Positions 52,177-64,000 of a DNA stretch of 64,000 nucleotides are shown here, piece after piece; the first letter of the stretch is position 1, and the number at the start of each line of letters is the position of its first letter. The stretch is from Girardia tigrina. Lineage: Eukaryota. The stretch lies in the NCBI GenBank assembly GCA_001938485.1, contig MQRK01239514.1:1-64000 (forward strand). The letters run 5' to 3'. Under the pieces are notes generated by a model. That model worked only from the letters and a program-made list of their open reading frames with translations, searched no databases and had not been told where the DNA came from. The position numbers and the translations under genes are program-made.

Positions 52177-52889
52177 TGTTGAGGTAATATTTTAAAATTT
52201 ATAAATAAAAATATAAAAAATTTAAATTAATAAAATTAATTAATAATATAGGTCAGTTTGACCTTAATTATAATTTTAATTTTTTATAATAATATAAAGT
52301 CACTTGACCTTAATTATAACTTGGATAATTATTTTTTGGATAAACATCCATCATCCAGTTAATTTACTAGATCAAATTTTGATCTATAATAATATAGAAG
52401 GTCTTAATTATAATTTTGACTTTTTTTTGGATAAACATCCGTCATCCAGTTAATTTACTGGATCAAATTTAGATCTATATAAAGATCAAAAAAAATGAAT
52501 TGAGATAGATGTTAATAAAAAATAAACTGAAAAGTTTTCGACAAATATTTAATAACACTGAAATAGTGTAAAGAATTTCTAAAAAAAAGTAATTTTTTGA
52601 AAAAGATTTTCGATTTTTAAATTTATCGTATCAATTATATATATAAATATATATAGATATATAAACGTGCTGGAAAGTGCGTTCTAAACTTTTCAACTAC
52701 AGTTATTCGAGTTGTCGCTAAAGACTCTCGAATTTTAAATATAAAATCGGCCAGGGGCCAAATAAACTCTGTTCTTTTAACATCTTTAGCTTATTAAAAA
52801 TTGTAATAAATTGTACATACAAAATAAATTTTATAAATAAAACCAGACTTTTCTTCTTGAATAGAATAAAACACAACTAACACTCAACA
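52177..52889 (+). repeat. 5' LTR (713 bp)
   Basis: TG...CA inverted termini; U3 direct repeats at 52250-52480; TATATAAA at ~52658; AATAAA signals; directly followed by PBS. Confidence 0.9.
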
Positions 52890-52893
52890 AATT

Positions 52894-52911
52894 TGGCGCC
52901 CAACGTGGGGC
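52894..52911 (+). promoter_or_regulatory. Primer binding site, tRNA-Lys(CUU)
   Basis: Exact TGGCGCCCAACGTGGGGC. Confidence 0.95.
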
Positions 52912-53076
52912 TATACACGTTTCAATATAATCAAATAGATTTTATTGAATTTAAATCACCTTTGTTGAGTTTTTCTTGTGTTTCTTTTTCCTTTCTAAAA
53001 TACAGTTTAAAGCCAAATAAAATACAAAACGGAGTTAAGAAACAGAAATATAAAAACAGAGATTATACCAAACACA

Positions 53077-53846
53077 ATGAGTAAAAAGACAGGGCAGATA
53101 AGAATACAAAAATCATTAGATTTTCTTCCATTAGATAAATTTTCAGGCAAACAAGAAGACTTTGATACATATTTTACAGAATACAAAACTATACCATAAC
53201 ATGTGGTTGGGAAGAATTAGATATGATTAAAAGACTCCCATTATATTTACAAGGTTACACTTTACAAGCATTTGAAACAATAAATAAAGAGTTAACAGAA
53301 ATTGATAAGGTAATAAAACAATTAAGGGAAATAGTTGTAAAAGATTCAGAATTAAATAAAATATATACACGAGCATTTAGAAATCGTAAACAAAAACCAA
53401 AAGAAACAATAACAGAATATAGCTTTGTGCTAAGTAAATTAGCAGATAAAGCCTTCGGAGAAAGGGCTAGAGTAGGATCAATTGTTCAAGATCAGTTTTT
53501 AGAGGGTATACATGAGTATATAAGAAATGCATTGGCATTAATTGATTATACAGACTATAATGATTTAGTACAACAAGCTCGACGTATCGAAGTTCATAAT
53601 ATCGATAGAAGTAATATTGAAATTTGTGCCACAGGTCCACAACCTATTTTTAAGAAAAATGTAGATTCAAGGAACAGTCACCCTTCCGAAAAGAGGGGAG
53701 GTGGTGGTTTCTCGAATCGATTTAATAATAATAATGGAAATGTAAGAAATGATGATGGAGTGGAGCGCAATAATTTTAATAGAGCCCGAGTAAATAATTA
53801 TAGAGGAAGTTATAGAGGTCAAAATAATAATAGAGGGGGTAATAAT

Positions 53847-53883
<37 letters not shown>

Positions 53884-54218
53884 GAGGCAATATGAATAAC
53901 AATGATGGTAATAATTATAGAAACAGTAATAATGAAAGTAATAATTATAGAAATAATAATAGAGGTAATAATAATTATCGAGGTTCAAGAGGCCATTATC
54001 GAGGAAATAACAGTAATAATTATCGGAATAATAATACTGGTTTTAATAAAAATAATGATAATAAAATGATAAGAGGACAAGTAAATCAGGAAGAAGAAAT
54101 GAAATGTTTTACATGTCAAGGATGGGGTCACCTAGCAAGGTCTTGCCCATCAAATAGAAAATATTTTCCTCAAAATACAAAACGACCAATACATGGAGTA
54201 GAGGTAGCCATAGTCTAG
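53077..54218 (+). pseudogene. gag: Gag (capsid, Asn/Arg/Gly-rich linker, CCHC zinc knuckle); frameshift near 53197
   Basis: LDKFSGKQEDFDTYF, RKQKPKETITEY, DQFLEGI, CFTCQGWGHLARSC. Confidence 0.88.
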
Positions 54219-56845
54219 CCATAGTCTTTGGAGTTACACACTTTCGTCAATATCTATACGGTGCAGAAATCCTATTGAAAACAGATCACAAACCGTTAGA
54301 AAGTTTAATGAAAAATAAAAATGCATCAAGCAGATTAATTGGATGGGCTATGAGACTCCAAGATATGGATATAAAAATTAAATATAGAAAAGGTAAAGCA
54401 AATGCAAATGCAGATGCATTATCACGATTGCCAGTTGCAATACTCGAAAAACAACAACGATCATTAATAGATAAAACAATCGAAATAGCGTCAACAAATA
54501 TAGATATAAATGTTAAACAATTACAAGATCAGGATGAAAAATTACGAGAAATCAAATAGAAGTTAACAGAGAATAAAATTAAACAATATAAACTTATAAA
54601 CGGCACCTTAAAATATATAGATGGTGAGAAAGAATTAATTGTGATACCGGAATCACAAAAAGAAAATATCATGATGCAATATCATGATGGTGCACTAGGA
54701 GGGCACCTCTCACTACGAAAAACCTTCAATAGAATTAGANAAAAATATTATTGGGAAAATATGAGAAACGATATAGAGGAATGGATCAAATCTTGTACAA
54801 TTTGCGCAACTCGAAGAAATACAGGGAATAAAACAAAAGTACCATTACGGCCGATGCCAGTGCCAACAGCACCTTTCGAATTATGTGCGATGGATGTCGT
54901 GGGACCACTTCCAGAAACAATAAATGGTCATAAATATATTTTAGTTTTCATGGATCATTTTTCAAAATTTGCGGAAGTATTCGCAATGCCAAATCAAAAA
55001 GTAGAAACAATCGCACCAATTTTTGTGGAAAAAATAATATTCAAATATGGCCCACCCAAAAAGATATTAACTGATAGAGGTTCAAATTTTATGAGTGAAA
55101 TAATGAGTCAAGTTAATAAAGTTTTTAATATATTAAAATTAAATACTTCAGGATATCATCCTGAGACTAATGGATTAGTAGAACGATTTAATGGTACATT
55201 TCTGAACATTATGTCGTGTTTAACAAATAGAAAGTAATGTGACTGGTGTACATTCATTCCATATGGATTATTTGTTCATAACAATACTGTGTCGGAAGCA
55301 ACCGGTTATAAACCTTCATACATTTTATATCTGAGAGATATTGTCATGCCGATAGATTTGGATTTGAATCCAGCACCATCAAAATTAATGGAAATACCAG
55401 ATTTCGTCACCTTAATGACTGAAATGTTAAACACAGTTTATAAGAAAGTAGGGTTACAGATGAAGTACACTCACGAAAAGTACAAAGAACAATATGACAA
55501 AAAAACACAACCTCATTCATATAAAGTTGGAGATAAAGTTAGAATCTATGCACCTGAGCCTAAAAATGGATTAACACCAAAATTGGCAAGGCCATATAAA
55601 GGGCCATATGAAGTAGTAAAGGTAACACCAACCAATTTATTTCTAATAAAGAAGAAAAACTCAGATCCTATTGTTGTACACGTAAATCGTTGCAAAAAAG
55701 CCGAAATCGTACCCACCAAATCATATAATTTGAGATCAAGTCAGTTAGAAATAGCTATGATTGAAGAAAATCTTACATCTCAATGCAAAAAAGCAACAAT
55801 TTCTGTCCTTCAAGAAGGTATAGGATTCCAATATGCACTTGGAAATCATTATGATGATAAATTACTCAGGAAAGTAATGTATGAACAACCACAATTATTT
55901 GCGTTAAAGAATTCGTTAAAACAAACCCCGATTCAAGTCGCTTTGTGTAGACGGAAATTTCACAAGGTAGAAAGAATGCTTCGAGATAAAATATGTAGAT
56001 ATCCAGGATTATTGGACTCTCAAGACGAAAATGGTTCTACAGCATTAATAGACGCAATACGACTTCAGGCTTCTTTTGAAAATATAATACGACCACTTAT
56101 AATTTACTCTGATTTAATCTTACAAGATTTCTCGGGGAAAACAGCATTTGATTACGGCGAACAAAGTAAATCAAAAATAACAAGGAATGCACTGCAAGTC
56201 ATACAAAATAACAATATTACTTCAATAGAAGGGAAACGAGCAGTAGTACTGTTTGAACATCAAAATCAGGATCATCAAATATACTTAAAGAATAAGGATA
56301 AAATTAAAAATGAAAAATTAGATAAAGATAGTACAACTGTACGTTATAGAAATAGAAATAGAATATTAAATAATACAATTTCATGTTCCGAGAGTAAAAT
56401 TTCTTTATGTATGGTGACCACGCATATAATTATTATCCGTTTAATACTATATTTAGTTAAAGGGGTTGAGGCGAAAGAACTTGGTTTTCGTAGAAGTGCA
56501 ATGCAAATAAGAATTTCGGATGGAACAGTGAAGATAGAGAATACACATCAAATTAGTTATTTGTCTTCTAAAATATATACACAAAACGAATATAAAATAA
56601 ATAATGGAATAAAAAGTATAGAATTTAAGATAACTAATGACCTACGATTAAGACTGGAAGTATATATTAAAAATTTACTGCAACACAATATTTCAATATA
56701 TATACAGAAACAATTTGATCAGACAAATCGAACAGAGATACGGGAAACTAGATATTTTAGGTCGCCCCAAGGACCTGGTTTAATGTTACTTCTCACATAT
56801 GATAGTACATATTCTGTAAGATTTAAAAGCAGATTTCAGAAATGA
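54216..56845 (+). pseudogene. pol: Pol remnant: RNase H C-terminus, integrase (HHCC, DDE, GPY/F), ankyrin repeats, signal-peptide-led extension; in-frame stops at 54557 and 55235
   Basis: LAIVFGVTHFRQYLYG, TDHKPL, NANADALSR; HDGALGGH..CTIC; MDVVGP, TDRGSNF, NGLVERFN; YKGPYEVV, VHVNRCK; KQTPIQVAL, QDENGSTALIDAI, QDFSGKTAFDY. Confidence 0.88.
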
Positions 56846-57533
56846 CAAGCCACTACATTAGTTACAATAATTCCTCCGGTAATTAATATAATTTTGAAAA
56901 AGAATTATATGGTAATTTGGATTATTCCACCTAATATCACAGTAGAAATAGGAAGAAATTCATATCGATTTCGAATTTGTGTCAAAATATGTATAACATA
57001 TAAACACGGTAGGATGAATTATTTACCGATAGATAAAAAACAAAATTATACAATTATGAATATCTTTATTTATCAAGAAACAGACTTAGTAACGACCTTA
57101 CAATCAAATCAAAAACCTTACGGAAATCAAAACAAAACACCGAAAAGTCCGAGATAAAAATGCTTAAAATATTAATATATATAATTTCATTAAATATTAT
57201 TTTAATATTTCTAATCGAAATCGAAATTTTCTTTAATGTTTTATAAAATAAATAGATTCCACAACATCCAGAGAATGTGGAGGAGCTGATGCGGGATCTC
57301 AATATGCTTAATAGTAATGAAATGAAACTGGCGCTGTACGTCTGCCGCTTTCACCGGAAGCTGTACGCGTCAGTCATCGGTGAATCCTTAGATATCCTGC
57401 TCTAGCTCCTGCACTTGCAAATCGCTTTTATACTAAAATAATAGATGTCAATCTATGGAATATCAACATACACTATAGTTCACAGTTCCAAGAGCCACAA
57501 TTAATAAAATATGATGATGAGAATCGTGGATCA

Positions 57534-57902
57534 ATGATATTTGAACCACAAATACAAGATACAAGTTCGACAAAGCAAAGCATAATCACTACTGAACATA
57601 TGCAAATAAAAAGACATACAATGTCATACAAGCTTTTAAATTATAGCAGTCATACAACAAGCAAAAATATAGAGGTTCTTACATCATTAGCAAAACTAAG
57701 GTTATATAATGATTTCGATAAACATGATAGCTGGTCATTCATATTATTAGGCGTAAGCCTAGTTTTATTTCTACTCCTTACAATAGTCGGAATAAGACAA
57801 ATATACCATAAATATAAAAAGAAACTTTTGGCTTTAAACTTGTATCGTACATCCCTGGGGAAATACCTGCCTGGGATGTACGTAAATACTACACAGGTAT
57901 AA
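57534..57902 (+). pseudogene. C-terminal part of an env-like type I membrane protein
   Basis: Hydrophobic helix SWSFILLGVSLVLFLLLTIVGI followed by basic stop-transfer RQIYHKYKKK; env position between pol and 3' LTR. Confidence 0.55.
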
Positions 57903-58763
57903 AAATCATATATAGATGCTGTATGGACATATAGATTTTAAATCTCATATATATTTGTTTATTTTTTTACATTTCTATTTTCTATTGTGTTGAAATGAAC
58001 ACAATTAATTTACTTTTCTTAATTTTAGATTTCAATATGATACCAGTATCAGAACAATCCAGACAGCTCCTCCAAAAGATGCAGTAAAAATATTCTTTAC
58101 AAGCTCTGCCTATCAGAGCCGATGAACATTTAGTTACTTATAATCGTTTTGCTCAAAGAGAAACAGTGCTTGAGGAACAAATTATGAAATCTGACGTTTT
58201 CGATCGAGATCAACGAGTAACTAAAGAAATCCAAAACATTTGCCCATTTGCAAAATTAGAATATGCTAAACAGAGAACATACAAAATAAATTTTATATAT
58301 AAAACCAGACTTTTCTTCTTGAATAGAATAAAACACAACTAACACTCAACAATAGGAAGTAGTTATAATACCACTTTCAATTCAAATTCGGATTTTTAAA
58401 AATCAATAAATAATCTTATTCCTACAAAATTTACAATATCCAATTCCTTCAAAATTTAAAACCAACTCTATACAACTTGTGAATATTTTTAAATTCAAAT
58501 ACTATAGAATTGTTAAATCACTGGGCGAATAACAATATGAGCGACAACAAAATAAGTTAATAAATCATTTTCCATTATACATAATTCAAAAAATTAATCC
58601 TTCTTAAATACAAGCACTAATCACCACCATCATAAATAAGAGAAGATTGTGCATATTCCAAAACTAATAATAATACTCTGAAGAATATGAACAAAAGTTT
58701 GTCTAATTTGATCTATAAGAGACTTATATAAATTTACGAATTCAAATTAATTTATTATATTAT

Positions 58764-61230
58764 TGTTACTGAATCTCAATTCTTTCACGTAATACATATA
58801 TTGCTCTCTTCTTATTCCTTTTTTTAATTCGCTTTTCTAATTAATAAATATTTAATAATATATATTTCGATATCTATATTTATCGTCAGGCAAGTTATTT
58901 CATCACATGATTAAATTTGTTTTTGAGATCAGTTACTTAACTACACTGTTTTTCAGAATCAGCGTTCAACTACGATAGAAACGTACTAGGTCATATTCAA
59001 CAAAGAATTTAGAAACTCGAAGTTATCGGTGATAAATTTCACAAAAACTGTCGAATTGAATGCATTCGCTGTAAAACACAAAATATTTTGATATTTATTA
59101 GGGATGAATTTACTTCCATTCTAAATGAAAAAGAAATTAAGACTTGCAAAATTATTTCAAAATTACCAAAGGTTATATTTGTTATTTAAACAAATCTTCA
59201 TTTTTTTATTTTCTTTTTTTAATTTAATATTCCAAATTTTTTTTTTTAAAAATTCGATTATAATTCTAAATTTTAGAAAATCAAAATTTCTATTTCCGAA
59301 AATTAAGAAATTAACAACAACACTCTCTTACACCCCCGCACGCAAAAAATTTTTAATTTTCTCCACATTTCTTTCACATGTTTTACCAGACATATCTTCA
59401 AGAACATATCTTGTATCATGTATTTTTCGAATGACTTTATATGGTCCGTCGTATCTCCCTTGATCTATTGTTCTAGATTCTACTTTTACCAATATATCAT
59501 CTCCTGGAAAAAATTTTCTTCAAGTGATAGGCTCATATTTCCGCTCATATTAAAATATTTTGCTATTTTTCCATCCCATTTCCCCCTGCTAATGCGTTTT
59601 CCGAAAATGATTTCAGCTGGACTCATCCCGATAGTCGTCTGTAAAATGGCATTGAATGAGAACTCGATCTCCGGTCAAATCTCTGCCCAGTCCGAAATTG
59701 TTTCTGCAATGTTGCGTTTATCAGTTCTCTCACTGTAAGGAATTGTCGTTCAATTTTTCTGTTTGTGTTATGATTCAAAAACCTTACCACAATCCACATT
59801 CATCGCCTTGGGAGAACCAAATTTCAATATCCAATTCCGCATTATTCCTTTTATTATCGATTTTACATCTTGTTTCGATATGGCTAATAATGTAATGTAT
59901 TTATTAAACTGATCAATGATAAAATATATTTCTTTTTCAATGGTAGAATATATTTCTTTTTCCCAGAAGTCTCTTTCAACGGTCCACAAATATCCATATA
60001 AATACATTCAAAATCATCGGCAGTTATCATGTTCTCTTTTGTCTTAGCCGTATATGTTTTATACTTTTGGCATAATTTACATTTACGTACAATCTCTTTG
60101 ATCCTTCAGCTTGTCAAAATCCTTAGAGTTTTTTAAATAATACTCAACTTTTCTTGCACAGGCGTTTGCCAACATCCGATGGGTTTCCCAGATAATATCT
60201 TCGAGTGACTTTGTAGTTTTATCTTCTGATACAACATTCAGTGCACGTGTCTTGATTCTTTCTTTCTTAGTTTCCTTGTGTTGCATCAAACATTGAGTAC
60301 TCGTACCACAATTCATCTTTGATAGCATATCAGCATTCTTGTGCAAAAATCCTTTTCGAAATTCTAACTTCATATCCAGACTGCTCAGATAGTTAAGCCA
60401 CGTTTGAAACTGCGATGTAATTTGCTCCTTAGTGTTCAGCATAAACGTGATTGCTTTATGATCAGTACGCAAAATAAACCGTTTACAATACAGAAAATGT
60501 CTAAAATGGTTACAAAAATAATACATGGCAAGCAATTCTTTTCTTGTAACACAATAGCCCTTCTTGTGGCTATTGATTGATCGCGATCCATAAGCTACAA
60601 ATATTTGCATTCCTTGATCGTCCTTCTGTGCTAACACGGCTCCAATTGTGTCGAAACTAGCATCCGTATCTAAAATAAAATCTCTTTTCATGTCTGGAAA
60701 ACGCAATACCAGGCTTGTCATTAATGCATTCTTCATCTCCAATTCAGTTTTTTATTGTTTTTCGGGCCGCATAATTGTTCTAATACTCCAGCATTCTTTA
60801 CATACTCTTATTAATCGTCGATAATAGTTAAAAATAGATAAAAAAGATAATAGTTATAAATGTGTCTGTTTTTACACCGTCTTCGTTAACTTTATGTCCA
60901 AGGAATTAAATTTCCCGTTTCAACAATTGATATTTTTTGGGTTCAACCGTAATCCTGTTTTTCTAATGATATCTAAAACTTGATTCAAAACAATAGAGTA
61001 TCGATCCTGATCTTTTGTGTATACCAAGATATCATCTAAGTATACAGAGGCACCCTTGATCCCTCCGACTACCTTTGTCATCGTTTCTTGGAAAGTTCCC
61101 AGTGCAGTTGCTATAGCAAATTGCATATGAGTAAAACAATACTGTCCTTGTTTTGTAGAAAATGCAGTTTTCTGCTGAGATTTATGTGGAAAATAGGTAT
61201 ACTAGTCCGCTATTGTTTAGATATTTTCAT
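58764..61230 (-). mobile_element. pol: Decayed Gypsy element: RT-RNase H-integrase fragments, PPT and 3' LTR
   Basis: VYLDDILVY; LDTDASFDTIGAVLAQ, RKELLAM, TDHKA, NADMLS; DCGKVFES. Minus-strand GCGGGGG|TGTAAG at 59332. Outer LTR boundary uncertain. Confidence 0.85.
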
Positions 61231-61269
61231 CAAAATGAAGTTATTGTTTGTGTTACTAATAAAAAAAGA

Positions 61270-61914
61270 GAAAACACATGCCTGATTTTTAAAAAAAATC
61301 CGACAAGGGGATGTAATTCTTAATTCTTTTGAACTAATCCTTGCAATTAAATGGAGAGATAAAAGAGAAATTTATATTTTATTAACTATCCATGAAATTT
61401 TAATGACTGTTACAAAAAAACGTTAATAAAACAACAAAAGAACATATTCAGAAACCTACTGCAATGCTTTGGCATAATCAAAATATGCGTGATGTGGACA
61501 AATCTGATAAGATGCTAAGTGAAATAAAATTTACAAAGAAAACCATCAAGTGGTACAAAAAACTTTTTTTATCTTGGAGATATGTACATCTACAATTCTT
61601 ATATTTTATATGACATGAAGAAAAAGAACCACACTACATTAGCAGATTTTGAACTTTTATTAATAGAAGAAATATTTGAAAAACATAACAATATTAATTC
61701 TTTAACAATAGGCAGAGCTCATGTTAATGAGCCATTAAGATTAACAGGACGTCATTTTATTAAGGAAATTCGGACACAAGAATATCATAAGCAAAAAGTA
61801 AGAAGATGTGTTGTCTGCAGCAACCATGGTGTCAAAAAAAGAAACATCATTTTACTGCCTTTCCTTTATGTTCGTCCTTGCTTCGAAAATTATTATTTTA
61901 AACGTAATTATTAA
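61270..61914 (+). pseudogene. piggyBac (PGBD4-like) transposase, C-terminal fragment
   Basis: KWRDKREIY, NQNMRDVDKSDKML, KKTIKWYKKLF, YNSYILY, RLTGRHF, RRCVVC...PCF. Confidence 0.85.
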
Positions 61915-62038
61915 AACAATGTTAATGATAGTTATTCATTCACATTATTTATACGTGTATCCACTTATCTGTTTAAGACTTGTTTTCTAATTATTAAAAT
62001 AATGTTAGTTTTGGCTATTCATTCACATTATATATATA

Positions 62039-63250
62039 CAGGGTGGTCCAATGGTTACGCGATGCGTTTTTTGCAGAAATGGAATCAGCACGTCAAGACG
62101 AGCATTTTGATATATAACTTTGGGAAATCGACGTAGAGCATCAGGGTCAAATTACGCAACTCGGAATTTCGATGCAAATGAGGTGTCATTATAAAGATAT
62201 TTTTATGCTGATTAGAAATATGTAAATTTTGTATTATGAGATTAGTGTTTTTAGTCATTTTTTAATTTACTAGTGAATTATTTTTATTTTAAATTAATTT
62301 TAACTGATAAATTGTGATTAAAATGTTGAAATATACAGTTGATCATCGTGTCTTCATGGTTCTGTTCTACAATAAGCTCGAAAATCTTGCGGAAACAGTT
62401 AAAGCTTTTAAAAACAATTTGGAAAGCTTCATAACATCAACGCATCAAAAATTTTACGGACATTCGAAAAGTTCAAGTCAACTGACTCAATATTCGACGA
62501 CAACGAAGGTAAGAAAACTAAAGAAAAAACTAAAAGGATGGAGGAAAACATCAAGAAAGTTCGAGAATATTATCAAGAATGTACTAGTACATGGGAAAGA
62601 CAAGCATCACCAGTTTTAAACAATAGCAATACATCAATTCATCGAATTTTAAAAATTGATATTGGTCTATTCCCATACAAAATTCAAGTCAACCAGCCGA
62701 TTAGTGAAATTGGCAGCAGCAATAGATTGGAATTTGCGAACAAAATGATCACCTCATCTGAATGTGAAGAAGTTGATTTTACACAGATTTGGTTCAGCGA
62801 CGAAGCTTATTTCTATCTACAGGGTTACGTAAACAAGCTGAACTGGTAGAAATGGGGAAGTGAAAATCCTCATTGTTTGATTATTAGGCCATTACACCCA
62901 GTTCGCCTTACAATTTGGTGCGCGATTTCAGCGAAATGATTATTGGCCTGGTGCTTATTACGTAAAATATTACTGGTGAGCGATATTTCAACATGTTAAA
63001 TAACGATTTCATCTCCTATCTTGGTGTTCTCGACAAAAATCAACGATTATTGGTTCATGCAAGATGGCGCTAGACCTCATAGAACATCTCAAATATTCGA
63101 ATTATTAGGCGAGCACTTTGGAAACAGGATTATTAGACTTGGTTCTATAAAATATACCAGTGAAGGTATCGATTGGCCACCATATTCACTAGATTTAAAC
63201 CCCTGCGACTATTTTATTTGGGAATATTTAAAGGAACGGGTACATATATG
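62039..63250 (+). mobile_element. rosa/DD41D-family element, decayed and 3'-truncated
   Basis: TA|CAGGGTGGTCC TIR; PYKIQ, WFSDEAYF, FMQDGARPH, WPPYSLDLNPCDYFIW. Confidence 0.88.
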
Positions 63251-64000
63251 TATATATCGACTCATTTGTTTAATGTATTTCTTATAATAAAGACGTTTTT
63301 TTCTAAAAGTATTTTCTACAAGTATTTAATTACCAAATTTATATTTTTACTTTAGTACAATTAATGTACTTTTTTGGTAAATTTATACTATAACGACGAA
63401 GACCGTAATACTCCACAAAAATAGGAAAAAAGCACATAGCGAAATGGTTCAACAATTATAAAATTTCATAATTCAATTGGTTGTAAATTATTTATGTATT
63501 TATAAATTATGTATTTATCTATGGTCAAAAGAAGAACAATTCAAAAACCTATCGATATCTAAGCCACAATTATTAATATTTTTTAAATGTTGAGGCAAAT
63601 TTATGCAAAATATCTTTGTAATCACTGTAAATTAACTCATCATTAATAAATTTTATCATTTATATTTTTTTTCAACAACGTAATTCATTAATAAATTGTA
63701 ACATTAATCATTTTTTTCATCATTAACAATTTTCACAAATCAATCAATTTTGCAATCTATAAAATTCACAAAAAAACCTTGTCACTAATATTTTTTCTGT
63801 CACAAAAAAAGAAAATTTTTTATCAAATTATTCGATAAATACCAATACAAATGCTCAAAACAAAAAGATGGGTCGAAATCAAGAAAACAAAAAAAGAAAA
63901 TCAATTAATTGCGAAAATTATGCATAGTAATGACAAAATAAATGCCGGACTAATTTTTGTGTTAATGATCAATAAACTTTTTATGACGATTTGATACTTT

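Larger units (their letters stand above)
52177..58351 (+). mobile_element. Gypsy/Metaviridae provirus with PR-RT deletion, ankyrin module and env-like region
   Basis: TGTTGAG...CTCAACA termini; 4-bp TSD ATAG. tRNA-Lys PBS, gag, RNase H remnant, integrase. 3' LTR reduced to 75 bp (58277-58351; 74/75 identical to 52815-52889). Confidence 0.93.

Noticed and set aside
53776-53988. Tyr-rich minus-strand ORF
   Set aside because: Antisense shadow of the (AAT)n tract in gag.

Overview
Very AT-rich eukaryotic (animal) genomic DNA with N gaps, made up almost entirely of nested, mostly decayed transposable elements. Base composition, ~50-70 nt GT-AG introns and element types are consistent with a planarian-like flatworm, but this is inference. 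I could not support any intact host gene; the best host-derived piece is a broken serpin fragment. Elements with end or TSD support include three mariners, two rosa/DD41D-type elements, several pogo/Tigger elements and MITEs, three hAT elements, a Mutator-type MITE, a non-autonomous Helitron, two Penelope-like elements with minimal hammerhead ribozymes, a probable Polinton end, and RTE and piggyBac fragments. There are also many Gypsy LTR derivatives. The most unusual is a TSD-flanked Gypsy provirus (52177-58351, tRNA-Lys PBS). Its pol frame runs from integrase into an ankyrin-repeat module and then a signal peptide, and a decayed, apparently intron-interrupted membrane-protein region follows. 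Second most unusual is a family of multi-kb solo-LTR-like units (2.5-3.7 kb, 4-bp TSDs) carrying conserved short introns on a transcript that appears to diverge from a central TATA. All family assignments come from motifs recognised by eye; no database searches were run.
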